Part shown: positions 1 through 9,214 of the stretch, piece after piece | Position numbering within the stretch: position 1 is the stretch's first letter | How the letters are laid out: each line of letters opens with the position of its first letter | Assembly (NCBI RefSeq): GCF_000017305.1 | Contig: NC_009664.2 | Coordinates: 1,380,001 to 1,412,000 of the forward strand | DNA: 32,000 nucleotides | From: Kineococcus radiotolerans SRS30216 = ATCC BAA-149 | Lineage (GTDB): Bacteria; Actinomycetota; Actinomycetes; Actinomycetales; Kineococcaceae | Direction: 5' to 3' | Notes under the pieces: generated by a model | The model's database searches: none | What the model was told of the DNA's origin: nothing | The model's input: the letters and a program-made list of their open reading frames with translations, nothing else | Position numbers and translations under genes: made by a program

Positions 1-1
1 G

Positions 2-124
2 CACGCCGACGGCCGCCTGCCCCTGGACGCGTTCGTCTCCGAGCGCATCGGCCTCGGCGACGTCGAGGAGGCCTTCGCCACCATGAAGGCCGGCGGGGTC
101 CTGCGCAGCGTGGTGGTCCTGTGA
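2..124 (+). CDS. 3' end of a Zn-dependent alcohol dehydrogenase family protein, probably the mycothiol-dependent formaldehyde / S-nitrosomycothiol dehydrogenase type; the 5' part lies outside the window
   Basis: Frame 2 reads [40 protein letters not shown] with stop TGA at 122-124, a typical MDR/class III ADH C-terminus. The stop overlaps the GTG of the next gene (GTGA at 121-124). The ADH + MBL-hydrolase pairing is known from mycobacterial mscR loci. It is absent from the ORF track because it is open at the window edge. Confidence 0.6.
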   Translation, partial: HADGRLPLDAFVSERIGLGDVEEAFATMKAGGVLRSVVVL

Positions 125-762
125 GCGCCCGGATCGAGCACCTCGTCACGTCGGGCACGTTCAGCCTCGACGGGCAGACCTTCGACGTGGACAACAACGT
201 GTGGATCGTCGGCGACGACCGCGAGGTCGTCGTCCTCGACGCCCCCCACGACGTGGACGTCATCGCCGCCGCGATCGGCGAGCGCACGCTGCTGGCCGTC
301 CTGTGCACCCACGCCCACGACGACCACGTCCGGCGGGCCCCCGCCCTGGCCGGGAGGTTCAGCACCCCCGAGCGGCGGGTGCCGGTCCTGCTGCACCCCG
401 CCGACCGCGAGGTCTGGGACCTCACCCACCCCGGGGTGGCCACCACCGACCTCTCGAACGGGGAGGTCGTGACCGTGGCCGGGACGGAGCTGCACGTCCT
501 GCACACCCCCGGGCACACCCCGGGCGCGGTCAGCGTCTACGCGCCGGAGCTCTCGACGGTCTTCACCGGCGACACCCTCTTCGCCGGCGGGCCCGGGGCC
601 ACGGGCCGCTCGTTCTCGGACTTCGCCACGATCGTCGACTCGATCCGCGACGTCCTCTTCGAGCTGCCCGCCGACACCCGCGTCCACACCGGCCACGGCG
701 AGGACACCACGATCGGCGACGAGTCCCCGCACCTGCAGGAGTGGATCGCCCGCGGGCACTGA
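121..762 (+). CDS. MBL-fold metallo-hydrolase (glyoxalase II-like thioesterase fold)
   Basis: 213-aa ORF with the HxHxDH metal motif (CTHAHDDHV), downstream HTPGHTPG and a GDTLF...HTGHG pattern. GC3 is very high. The start is coupled to the upstream ADH stop. Confidence 0.85.
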   Translation: MSARIEHLVTSGTFSLDGQTFDVDNNVWIVGDDREVVVLDAPHDVDVIAAAIGERTLLAVLCTHAHDDHVRRAPALAGRFSTPERRVPVLLHPADREVWDLTHPGVATTDLSNGEVVTVAGTELHVLHTPGHTPGAVSVYAPELSTVFTGDTLFAGGPGATGRSFSDFATIVDSIRDVLFELPADTRVHTGHGEDTTIGDESPHLQEWIARGH

Positions 763-772
763 GGCGCCCGGC

Positions 773-1834
773 TCAGGACGGGGCGGACCCCGGCCGGTCG
801 TCGGCGGCCTCGGCGACGATCCGGTCGGCGAGCTCGGCGCCGTAGCGCTCGCGCACGCGCCCGCGCACCTCGGCGTCGCCCTGCGGCACCGGCTCGAGGA
901 ACACCTCGGCGACGTCGGGGAACCGCTCGCGCAGCGTGCGGCCGATGCGGACGGTGGCCCGCTCCACCTCGGCGCCGGTCAGGGTGTCGACGAGGTCCAG
1001 GCGGGCGCAGACCAGGACCTGGTCGGTGCCCAGCTGGACCGTCAGCAGGTCCACCACCGCCTCGACCTCCGGCTCGTCGCCGAGGTGGACGAGGACGGAG
1101 CTCACCAGCCGCGGATCGGCCTGGACCCCGGTGAGCAGGCGCATGTTCGTCCGTGCCAGCCGGACCGCGACGAGGGCCAGCAGCAGCGCGATGCAGAGGC
1201 TGGCGATCCCGTCGTAGACCCCCGAGCCGGTGACCTGGTGCATCGCGGTGCCCGCGCCGGCCAGCAGCAGCCCGGCCAGCGCGGCGCTGTCCTCGAACAC
1301 GACCGTGGTCGCGGTGGGGTCGTCGGTGGTGCGCAGGAACTCGCGGAAGCCCTGCCGCTTCTCCCGGGCCTCCCCCCGCGTCTGCTTCAGGCCCTTCAGC
1401 AGCGAGGAGCCCTCCAGGACGAAGGCGACGGCCAGCACGACGTAGGAGACCAGCGGGCTCTCCAGGTCGTGCGACTCCGACGTCAGCGCCTCCACGCCCT
1501 CGTAGGCGGAGTACAGCGCGCCGGTGACGAAGATCGAGCCGGCGGCGACCAGGGCCCAGAAGTAGCGGGCCCGGCCGTAGCCGAGGGGGTGCTCGCGGTC
1601 GGCGGGGCGGGCGCTGGTGCGCAGGGCCGTCAGCAGGAACACCTCGTTGACGGTGTCGGCCACCGAGTGCGCGGTCTCCGCGGCCATGGCCGCGGAGCCC
1701 GTGACGACCGCCGCGACGCCCTTGGCGACGGCGATGAGGGCGTTGGCGCCGAGGGCGACCAGGACGGTGGCGGTGCTCTCGCCACCGCCGGTTCCCGGGC
1801 TCCGGTGGTTCGTCGGGGAAACGGTCGAGGACAC
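773..1834 (-). CDS. Cation diffusion facilitator (CDF) family divalent-metal efflux transporter
   Basis: 353-aa ORF. The N-terminal half has about six hydrophobic helices with the CDF signature region (AETAHSVADTVNEVFLL), followed by a C-terminal cytoplasmic domain. GTG start at 1834. Confidence 0.85.
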   Translation of the reverse strand: MSSTVSPTNHRSPGTGGGESTATVLVALGANALIAVAKGVAAVVTGSAAMAAETAHSVADTVNEVFLLTALRTSARPADREHPLGYGRARYFWALVAAGSIFVTGALYSAYEGVEALTSESHDLESPLVSYVVLAVAFVLEGSSLLKGLKQTRGEAREKRQGFREFLRTTDDPTATTVVFEDSAALAGLLLAGAGTAMHQVTGSGVYDGIASLCIALLLALVAVRLARTNMRLLTGVQADPRLVSSVLVHLGDEPEVEAVVDLLTVQLGTDQVLVCARLDLVDTLTGAEVERATVRIGRTLRERFPDVAEVFLEPVPQGDAEVRGRVRERYGAELADRIVAEAADDRPGSAPS

Positions 1835-1840
1835 GGCGAG

Positions 1841-1846
1841 ACGCTA
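1841..1846 (-). promoter_or_regulatory. Candidate -10 hexamer TAGCGT, 6 nt upstream of the CDF GTG (leaderless pattern)
   Basis: The minus strand reads TAGCGT-ctcgcc-GTG. It matches the actinobacterial TAnnnT -10, and no Shine-Dalgarno is possible in a 6-nt spacer. Confidence 0.35.
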
Positions 1847-1905
1847 GGCCCCCGCCGGGCTCCGCGCGCGCGGAACGGCCCCGCGGACCCCTCCCCGGTC
1901 GCGGG

Positions 1906-3177
1906 GTGCCCCCTCGCGGTTCTCCTGAGAGCATCCACACCGTGAGCGACCAGCAGGGCGTCCCGCCCACCACCCCACCCGAGACCCCCCGAGAACGGCC
2001 GACCGCGGCCGTCGAGCGCGGGGTCACCCAGGCCTCCCAGTGGGCGCTGCGGCTGCTCGTGATCGGCCTCGGCGTCGCCGGGCTCATCTGGCTGCTCGGC
2101 AAGGGCTGGTCGCTGCTGCTCCCGCTGCTGCTGGCGATCCTGCTCAGCGCCGTCCTGTGGCCGCTGGCCCACGTGCTGCGGGCGGTGATGCCGCGCGCGC
2201 TCGCGGCCGGGCTCTCCATCGTGCTGCTCGTCGCCGTGGTGGTGGGCATCTTCGCCGCCCTCATCCCCAACGTGGCCAGCCAGGCCGGTGACGTCGCGGA
2301 CTCGGCCGTCGCCGGGCTGGACCAGGTCCAGACCTGGGTGGCCGGGCCGCCGCTGAACCTCGGCGACGACGAGGTCGGCAACCTGGTCAACCAGGGCATC
2401 GCCGAGCTGCAGACCAACGCGCAGAGCATCGCCCTCAGCGTCGTCGGCGGGGTCGGCACGGTGGGCGCCAGCGTCGGCTCCGGGCTCATCACCTTCCTGC
2501 TCGTGCTGGTCCTGACCTTCTTCTGCCTCTCCGACGGCGACCGGCTGCTGCCGTGGTCGCGGCGCTGGATGGGCGCGCAGGCCCACCGGCACACCGTCGC
2601 GCTGGGGGGCCGGATCTGGGCCGCGATCCGCGGCTACATCCTGTCCCAGGCCGCCGTGGCCCTCGTGGACGCGGTCTTCATCGGCGTCGGGCTGGCCATC
2701 ATCGGCGTCCCCTTCGCCCTGCCGCTGGCGGTGACGATCTTCTTCGCCGCGTTCATCCCCATCGTGGGCGCCGTCGTGACCGGCGTGCTGGCCGTCCTCG
2801 TCGCCCTGGTGACGCTGGGCTGGGTGCAGGCCCTCATCGTCCTCGGGATCGTGCTGCTGGTGCAGCAGCTGGAGGGCAACGTCCTGCAGCCGCTGCTGGT
2901 GGGCAAGTCCCTCGCCCTGCACCCCGCGGTGGTCATCGGCTCGGTGACGATCGGCGGCACCCTCTTCGGGATCGTCGGCGCCTTCCTCGCCGTCCCCGTC
3001 GCCGCGATCCTCACCGTGATCCTGCGCTACGTCCACCACGAGCTCGTCCCCGACGAGCCGGAGAACCCCAAGGCCCACGACAGCGGGAACAAGCGCCGGC
3101 GCCGGGTCCCCTCCCCCGCCGACACCGGGGTTCCGGCGGACGCCGCGACGGCCCCGGAACCCCGCCCGGGAGCCTGA
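1906..3177 (+). CDS. AI-2E family transporter (PerM/UPF0118 permease)
   Basis: 423-aa ORF with multiple TM helices and the conserved C-terminal region (LVQQLEGNVLQPLLVGKSLALHPAVVI) typical of the AI-2E/PerM family. The start is uncertain: GTG at 1906 or GTG at 1942. Confidence 0.8.
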   Translation: MPPRGSPESIHTVSDQQGVPPTTPPETPRERPTAAVERGVTQASQWALRLLVIGLGVAGLIWLLGKGWSLLLPLLLAILLSAVLWPLAHVLRAVMPRALAAGLSIVLLVAVVVGIFAALIPNVASQAGDVADSAVAGLDQVQTWVAGPPLNLGDDEVGNLVNQGIAELQTNAQSIALSVVGGVGTVGASVGSGLITFLLVLVLTFFCLSDGDRLLPWSRRWMGAQAHRHTVALGGRIWAAIRGYILSQAAVALVDAVFIGVGLAIIGVPFALPLAVTIFFAAFIPIVGAVVTGVLAVLVALVTLGWVQALIVLGIVLLVQQLEGNVLQPLLVGKSLALHPAVVIGSVTIGGTLFGIVGAFLAVPVAAILTVILRYVHHELVPDEPENPKAHDSGNKRRRRVPSPADTGVPADAATAPEPRPGA

Positions 3178-3215
3178 GCCCGGTCCCCGGCACCGGTCCC
3201 GCCCGGGGGCTCAGG
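3173..3215. terminator. Hairpin between convergent genes (possible bidirectional terminator)
   Basis: CCTGAGCCC (3173-3181) pairs with GGGCTCAGG (3207-3215). The stem spans both stop codons (TGA 3175-3177 on +, TGA 3213-3211 on -). There is no U-tract. Confidence 0.35.
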
Positions 3216-3909
3216 CCCCCGGCGGGACCACCGCCCGGCGCACGCGGTCGCCGTCCCGGGCGGCGGCCGCGGCGCGCTCCCCCGTGACGCCCACCGCCCC
3301 CAGGCACGCCGCCGCGACCTGCGCGGCCAGGCCCGGGGTCGGAGGCAGGGACGGGGCCATCTCGACCAGGTGCAGGCAGGCGTGGCCCAGGACCGCCGGC
3401 TCCACCGGGTGCCCGGCGGGGACGAGGTCGGCGGCGAGGGCGGCGTAGACGGCCAGCAGCCGGCGCCGGTGGTCGCGGAACACCTCGAACCGCGGCTGCC
3501 GGACCTCCGGCACGACGTAGAGCGCCGCGACGCCCAGCGGCCCCGCCAGCAGCGTCCCGACGTCGACAACGACCAGGGCGTGCAGGGCCGCCGCCGGGTC
3601 CGCCGCCGCCGAGCGCAGCGCGTCGGCGACGTCCAGGGTCGGGCGGACCGAGGCCTCCAGCAGCTCCCGCAGGATCTCGTCCTTGCCCGCGAAGTGGTAG
3701 TACAGCGAGGCCTGCCGGATCCCCACCCGCTCGGCGATGGCCCGCGTCGAGGTCGCCGCGTACCCGGACTCCCCGAACAGCGCCGCCGCGGCGTCGAGGA
3801 TCTCCTGGCGCGGGGTGCGCCCGGACCCGGCGCCCGCGCGGGTGCGGGGACGGCCGACCCGCCCCGTCCCCGCCGCCCCCGGCTCCCGGCGCGCGACCCC
3901 GCTGCTCAC
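3211..3909 (-). CDS. TetR/AcrR family transcriptional regulator, last gene of the carboxylase operon
   Basis: This is the C-terminal part of the 3211-5538 track ORF. The N-terminal HTH reads RQEILDAAAALFGESGYAATSTRAIAERVGIRQASLYYHFAGKDEIL. GTG at 3909-3907 overlaps the TGA (3908-3906) of the upstream hydrolase. Upstream of that GTG the frame is Arg/Gly/Pro-rich shadow sequence. Confidence 0.85.
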   Translation of the reverse strand: MSSGVARREPGAAGTGRVGRPRTRAGAGSGRTPRQEILDAAAALFGESGYAATSTRAIAERVGIRQASLYYHFAGKDEILRELLEASVRPTLDVADALRSAAADPAAALHALVVVDVGTLLAGPLGVAALYVVPEVRQPRFEVFRDHRRRLLAVYAALAADLVPAGHPVEPAVLGHACLHLVEMAPSLPPTPGLAAQVAAACLGAVGVTGERAAAAARDGDRVRRAVVPPGA

Positions 3910-5603
3910 CGCGCCGATGCTGCCACGACCCCCCGCTGCGCCGGGCCGCGGGCGGCGCGCGCCGCGGGCCACGAGCCGAACGTCGTGATCTCCTCCGCCC
4001 CGGCCAGCGCCACCGGCTCGGCCAGGAAGCCGCGCACGACGCGGCCGTCGTCGAGGGTGACCGCCCCGATGGTCATCGGCGGCGGCAGCGCGGCGACGAA
4101 GGTCCCGAACCCGGCCGCGGGCAGCCGCCACACCTCCCCCGCGATCGAGGCCCCCGCCGGGTCGTCGCCGGCGACGCGCACCGCCCCCGGTTTCGGGGGG
4201 ACGGTGTCGAGGGCGAACAGCCGGTACCGCGCCGCGGTCCGCGCCGGGCCGACCAGGCTGCCCCCGGCCGCGACGAGCTCGTGGTTCAGCGGCTGCCCCG
4301 ACAGGTGCGCGCCGACGACGAGCAGGTCGACGCCCGGGTCCGCCCAGCGCGCCGCCAGCACCGCGAGCGCCCGGTCGCTGAACGCCGGGCCGGTGAGCAT
4401 CACCCCGAACGGCAGCCCGGCGACCGTCCCGGCCGGGACGGCGAGGGAGGCCAGGTCGAGCAGGTTGGCGAAGTTCGTGAACCGCCCCAGCCGCGAGTTC
4501 ACCCCGACCGGGTCGGCCGCGACCTCGGCCAGCGTCGGGTGGGCCGTCGTCGTCGGGGTGAGCAGCGCGTCGAACCCGGCCAGCACCTCCCGCGAGCGCG
4601 CGGCGAGGACGTCGAGGCGCTCGCGGTCGCGGAAGACCTCCACGGCGCTCACGCGCTCCCCGGCGAGGACGATCCCGGCGACCACGGGGTCGAGGTCGGT
4701 GCCGACGAGGTCGGCGTGCTCGGCGACGTGGCGCCCCACCGCCGCGGTGCGCTCGGCGACGAAGGCGCCGCCGTAGAGCAGCTCGGCGACGGCCAGCAGC
4801 GGGGCGACGTCGACCTCGACGACCTCGGCCCCGGTGGCCCGGACCCGTTCGACGTGGGCGGCGAAGGCCTCCGCCCAGCCCGCGGCGAGACCGTCGAGGT
4901 GCTCGGGGCCCGGGACGGCGATCCGCGGGCGGGCCGGCGGCGCCGGGCGCGGCACGTCCTCGCGGGCGAGGGGGTCGAGGCCGTCGGGGCCGGTGAGCAG
5001 TTCCGCGGTGCGCCGGGCGAGGTCGAGGTCGCGGGCGAAGACGGTGACGCAGTCGAGGCTGCGGCAGGCGGGCACGACCCCGGTGGCCGGGACGAGGCCG
5101 CGGGTCGGCTTCACCCCGACGATCCCGTGCAGGGCGGCCGGGACCCGTCCCGAACCGGCCGTGTCGGTGCCCAGGGCCACGTCGACGAGGCCGAGGGCGA
5201 CCGCGACGGCGGACCCGGAGCTGGACCCGCCGGAGATCCGGTCCGGGGCGAAGGCGTGGCGGACCGCGCCGTGGGGGCTGCGCGTGCCGACCAGGCCGGT
5301 GGCGAACTGGTCCAGGTTCGTCTTGCCCAGCACCAGCGCCCCCGCCGCCCGCAGCCGGGCCACCGCGGTCGCGTCCACCGCGGGCCGGTACGCGAACGAC
5401 GGCGCCCCGGCCGTGGTCGGCAGCCCGGCGACGTCGATGTTGTCCTTCACCGCGACGAGGATCCCCGCCAGCGGCGCGGCGGGGTCCACCCCGGCGGCCT
5501 CGGCGAGGACCTCGGCCTCCGGGCGCAGGGCGATCCACACCTCGGGCCGGTCGGCCGCGGCGATCCGGGCGTAGGCGTCGCGCACCACCTGCTGGAGGTT
5601 CAC
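3906..5603 (-). CDS. atzF: Allophanate hydrolase (amidase-signature family)
   Basis: 565 aa starting VNLQQVVRDAYARI. The amidase signature is GGSSSGSAVAVALGLVDVALGTDTAGSGRVPAA, and the C-terminal allophanate-hydrolase-specific domain reads ...GEVWRLPAAGFGTFVA.... GTG at 5603-5601 overlaps the carboxylase stop at 5602-5600. Confidence 0.9.
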   Translation of the reverse strand: MNLQQVVRDAYARIAAADRPEVWIALRPEAEVLAEAAGVDPAAPLAGILVAVKDNIDVAGLPTTAGAPSFAYRPAVDATAVARLRAAGALVLGKTNLDQFATGLVGTRSPHGAVRHAFAPDRISGGSSSGSAVAVALGLVDVALGTDTAGSGRVPAALHGIVGVKPTRGLVPATGVVPACRSLDCVTVFARDLDLARRTAELLTGPDGLDPLAREDVPRPAPPARPRIAVPGPEHLDGLAAGWAEAFAAHVERVRATGAEVVEVDVAPLLAVAELLYGGAFVAERTAAVGRHVAEHADLVGTDLDPVVAGIVLAGERVSAVEVFRDRERLDVLAARSREVLAGFDALLTPTTTAHPTLAEVAADPVGVNSRLGRFTNFANLLDLASLAVPAGTVAGLPFGVMLTGPAFSDRALAVLAARWADPGVDLLVVGAHLSGQPLNHELVAAGGSLVGPARTAARYRLFALDTVPPKPGAVRVAGDDPAGASIAGEVWRLPAAGFGTFVAALPPPMTIGAVTLDDGRVVRGFLAEPVALAGAEEITTFGSWPAARAARGPAQRGVVAASAR

Positions 5604-8600
5604 GCGGCCGCCCCCGTCGCGGGGCGCACGGAGAACAGGACCTGGCCGGCGGTGACGGCCTCCCCGGGCTTCACGTACACCTCGAGCAGCTCCCCGTCGG
5701 CGGGCGCGGTCACGGCGGTCTCCATCTTCATGGCCTCCAGGGCGAGGACGCGGTCCCCGGCGGCGAGGTCCGCGCCGGGGTCGGCCGACACCTGCCAGAC
5801 GGTCGCGGCGAACGGGGCTTCGACGCCGACGGCGCCGGCGGGCAGGTCGACGGGCCCGGCGGCGACGGCCGGGGCCGGTTCGGGACGGACGTCGAACTCC
5901 CCCGACGCGCGCCAGCGGTCCTTCTCGGCCGCGAACGCCGCGGCCTGCTGCGCGCGGAACGCGGCGATGGAGGAGGCGTTGTCGGCGAGGAAGCGCTCGT
6001 GCTTGGCGAGGGAGAACGTCCCGTCCTCGGTCTCGAACTCCCCCCGCCCGGCGTCGGTCTCGGCGCGCAGCTCCAGCAGCTCCTCCGCGGAGACCGGGTA
6101 CCACTCGATGCGGTCGAAGAACCGCAGGGCCCACGGGTTCTCCCGGAACAGCCCGCCGCGGCGGAACCGGTTCCACACCTGCACGGTCCGCCCGACGAAC
6201 TGGTAGCCGCCGGGTCCCTCCATGCCGTAGACGCAGAGGTAGGCGCCCCCGATGCCCACGGAGTTCTCCGCGGTCCAGGTGCGGGCCGGGTTGTACTTCG
6301 TCGTGACCAGCCGGTGCCGGGGGTCCAGCGGGGTCGCGACGGGGGCGCCGAGGTAGACGTCGCCGAGACCGAGGACGAGGTACTGCGCGTCGAAGACCGT
6401 CCGGTGCACGTCGTCGACGGAGTCCAGGCCGTTCATGCGGGCGATGAACTCGATGTTCGACGGCGTCCACGGCGCGTCGGCGCGGACCCCGGCGACGTAG
6501 CGCTCGATGGCCAGCCGGGTGGCGGGGTCGTCCCAGGACAGCGGCAGCCGGACCCGGCGCGAGGGCACCACGAGGTCGTGGGTCGCGGGCAGGGCGTTGT
6601 CGAGCTCGCGCAGCAGCCCCACCAGCGAGGAGGCCCGCAGCCGGGCGGGGTCGGTGTGGACCTGCAGGGACCGGATCCCGGGGGTGACGTCGAGGACGCC
6701 GGCGGGGCGGTGCTCCTCGAGGGCGCGCATCAGGGCGTGCACCCGCATCCGCAGCCCCAGGTCGAGCACCTGGTCGCCGTACTCGACGAGGACGTTGTCG
6801 TCGCCGTCGCGGCGGTAGGTGGCCCCCGGCCGCCCGGGCGAGGCGGGGGTGCGGGCGAGGACCCCGTCGTCGCCGTCCCCGCGGGAGGCGAGGAGGTCCG
6901 CGCCCCGCAGCCGGGGGACGCCCGCCTCGGCCTCGCGGACGGGGGTGAACCGCACCCGGTCCCCCGGGCGCAGCTGGCCGAGCTTCCACAGCTCCGCGGA
7001 GGCCACGACCGCGGGGCAGACGAAACCCCCCAGGCTCGGGCCGTCGGGGCCGAGCAGGATGGGGGTGTCGCCGGTGAAGTCGATCGCGCCCACGGCGTAG
7101 GGGGTGTCGTGGATGTTGGAGGGGTGCAGACCGGCCTCGCCGCCGTCGCTGCGGGCCCAGCGCGGGCGCGGGCCGATGAGGCGGACCCCGGTGCGGGCGG
7201 AGTTCAGGTGCACCTCGTAGCCGGTGGCGTAGAACTCGTCGAGGTCGGCGCGGGTGAAGAACTCCGGCGCCGCGTGCGGGCCCTCGGTGACCCCGATCGT
7301 CCAGTCCCGCACGTACTCGGGACGGCGCTGCGCCGGGACCGGCCCGGTGACCGGGGAGAGGTCCCCGGCGTCGGCGGGACCGGGACGCAGGACGTCGCCG
7401 GCCCGCAGGGCGCGGCCGCCGTGCCCGCCGAAACCCCCGAGGGTGAACGTCGAGGCGCTGCCCAGGTAGCGCGGGACGTCGAGCCCCCCGCGCACGGCCA
7501 CGGCCAGGCGCAACCCGGGCCCGGTCGCGGTGCCGATGGCCAGCACCGACCCCGCGGGGACCTCGACGGGCTCCCACATGGCGACCTCGACGTCGTCGAC
7601 GGTGACCGGCGCGGGCGCCCCGGTGACGCAGACCACCGAGTCCACCGAGAACCGCAGCGCGGGACCGGTCGCGGTGACCTCCAGCCCCGGCGCGCCGACG
7701 GGGTTCCCCACGGCCAGGTTCGCCTCCCGCAGCGACAGCGGGTCCATCGGCCCCGACGGCGGGACCCCCACCTGCCAGTGCCCGAGGCGGCCGGGCAGGT
7801 CCTGGACGGTCGTCATGGCGCCGGGGGCGAGGACGTCGATGCGCGGCTCGGGGTCCGCGGTGACGTCGAGGGTCGAGGTGGAGTGGGTGACCGCGCGCAG
7901 CGCCGGGTCGTCCACCAGGGACCGCAGCAGGCCCAGGTTCGTGACGACGCCGTCGACGCGGCTGCCGTCCAGCGCCTCCCCGAGCAGGTCGAGGGCGGCG
8001 TCGCGGCCGGGGGCGACGGCGATCACCTTGGCCAGCATCGGGTCGTAGAAGGGGGTGACCTCCAGCCCCGTCTCGATCCAGCCGTCGACGCGGACCCCGG
8101 GCAGCGCGGGGAACTCCGCGTTCGTCACCAGGCCGGGGCCGGGGGCGTTGTCCTTCGCCGGGTCCTCGGCGTAGACCCGCGCCTCCACGGCCACGCCCGT
8201 CGGGGTCCAGTCGCGGGCGAACACGTCGTCGACGGCGCCGGCGCCGTCGCGGGCCAGGCGCAGCATGAGGTCGACGAGGTCGACGCCGTAGGCGAGCTCG
8301 GTGACGGGGTGCTCGACCTGCAGGCGGGTGTTGACCTCCAGGAACGCGACCTCCTCCCGCACCGGGTCGTAGACGAACTCCACGGTGCCCGCCGAGCGGT
8401 AGGCCACCGACGTCATGAGTTCCCGGGCGGTGGCGGTCATCCGCTCGCGGACGGCGGCGGGCAGGGCGGGGGCGGGGGCCTCCTCCACGACCTTCTGGTT
8501 GCGCCGCTGCAGCGAGCAGTCGCGGTCGCCCAGGACGGCGATCCGGCCCTGCCCGTCGCCGAACACCTGGACCTCGACGTGGCGGGCGGGGCGGACCAGG

Positions 8601-9214
8601 CGTTCCAGGAACACCCCGGTGGACCCGAAGTTCGCCGCGGCCTGGCGCACGACCCGGTCGTAGGCGGCCCGGACCTCGGCGGGCGTGGCGCACGCCTGCA
8701 TGCCGATCCCGCCGCCGCCGCCGGTGGCCTTGAGCATGACGGGCAGCCCGACGCTCTCCGCGGCCGCGACGGCCTCGTCGGCGGAGGCGAGCAGCCCCGT
8801 CCCGGCGAGCATGGGCACCCCGGCCGCCCCGGCCAGTTCGCGGGCGGTGTGCTTGCTGCCGAACGCGGTGATCTGCTCGGGGGTGGGACCGACGAACGCC
8901 AGGCCGGCGTCCTCGCAGGCGCGGGCGAACTCCACGTTCTCGGAGAGGAACCCGTAGCCGGGGTGCACCGCGCCGGCGCCGGTGTCCAGCGCGGCCTGCA
9001 GGACCGCGTCGGTGCGCAGGTAGGACTCCCGCGCGGGGGCGGGGCCGAGGCGGACGGCGACGTCGGCCTCGCGGACGTGCGGGGCGGCGCGGTCGGCGTC
9101 GGAGAACACCGCGACCGTGCGCAGGCCCAGGTCCCGGGCGGACCGCACGACGCGGCGCGCGATCTCCCCCCGGTTGGCGACGAGCAGGGTGTCGAAGGCG
9201 GGGGCGGGGGTCAC
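5600..9214 (-). CDS. uca: Biotin-dependent urea carboxylase family enzyme (urea or guanidine carboxylase)
   Basis: 1204 aa. The N-terminal biotin carboxylase/ATP-grasp domain reads FDTLLVANRGEIARRVVRSARDLG...GGGGIGM. It has central KipA/KipI-like carboxyltransferase domains and a C-terminal BCCP with the biotinylation motif LEAMKMET (Lys codon at 5726-5728). GTG at 9214-9212 overlaps the upstream stop. Confidence 0.9.
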   Translation of the reverse strand: MTPAPAFDTLLVANRGEIARRVVRSARDLGLRTVAVFSDADRAAPHVREADVAVRLGPAPARESYLRTDAVLQAALDTGAGAVHPGYGFLSENVEFARACEDAGLAFVGPTPEQITAFGSKHTARELAGAAGVPMLAGTGLLASADEAVAAAESVGLPVMLKATGGGGGIGMQACATPAEVRAAYDRVVRQAAANFGSTGVFLERLVRPARHVEVQVFGDGQGRIAVLGDRDCSLQRRNQKVVEEAPAPALPAAVRERMTATARELMTSVAYRSAGTVEFVYDPVREEVAFLEVNTRLQVEHPVTELAYGVDLVDLMLRLARDGAGAVDDVFARDWTPTGVAVEARVYAEDPAKDNAPGPGLVTNAEFPALPGVRVDGWIETGLEVTPFYDPMLAKVIAVAPGRDAALDLLGEALDGSRVDGVVTNLGLLRSLVDDPALRAVTHSTSTLDVTADPEPRIDVLAPGAMTTVQDLPGRLGHWQVGVPPSGPMDPLSLREANLAVGNPVGAPGLEVTATGPALRFSVDSVVCVTGAPAPVTVDDVEVAMWEPVEVPAGSVLAIGTATGPGLRLAVAVRGGLDVPRYLGSASTFTLGGFGGHGGRALRAGDVLRPGPADAGDLSPVTGPVPAQRRPEYVRDWTIGVTEGPHAAPEFFTRADLDEFYATGYEVHLNSARTGVRLIGPRPRWARSDGGEAGLHPSNIHDTPYAVGAIDFTGDTPILLGPDGPSLGGFVCPAVVASAELWKLGQLRPGDRVRFTPVREAEAGVPRLRGADLLASRGDGDDGVLARTPASPGRPGATYRRDGDDNVLVEYGDQVLDLGLRMRVHALMRALEEHRPAGVLDVTPGIRSLQVHTDPARLRASSLVGLLRELDNALPATHDLVVPSRRVRLPLSWDDPATRLAIERYVAGVRADAPWTPSNIEFIARMNGLDSVDDVHRTVFDAQYLVLGLGDVYLGAPVATPLDPRHRLVTTKYNPARTWTAENSVGIGGAYLCVYGMEGPGGYQFVGRTVQVWNRFRRGGLFRENPWALRFFDRIEWYPVSAEELLELRAETDAGRGEFETEDGTFSLAKHERFLADNASSIAAFRAQQAAAFAAEKDRWRASGEFDVRPEPAPAVAAGPVDLPAGAVGVEAPFAATVWQVSADPGADLAAGDRVLALEAMKMETAVTAPADGELLEVYVKPGEAVTAGQVLFSVRPATGAAA

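Noticed and set aside
537-2594. 685-aa minus-strand ORF. The same applies to other very long track ORFs: 201-845, 1630-3078, 5999-9508, 9870-10895, 10787-12409, 11628-13880, 20112-21962, 21922-23424, 24707-26482, 27096-28115, 28775-30370 and 29841-31982.
   Set aside because: Their translations are Arg/Pro/Gly/Ala-rich low-complexity sequence with no recognisable domains. They lie antisense to, or out of frame with, genes that have clear family signatures and G/C-dominated third positions. These are the typical shadow ORFs of a >70% GC genome.
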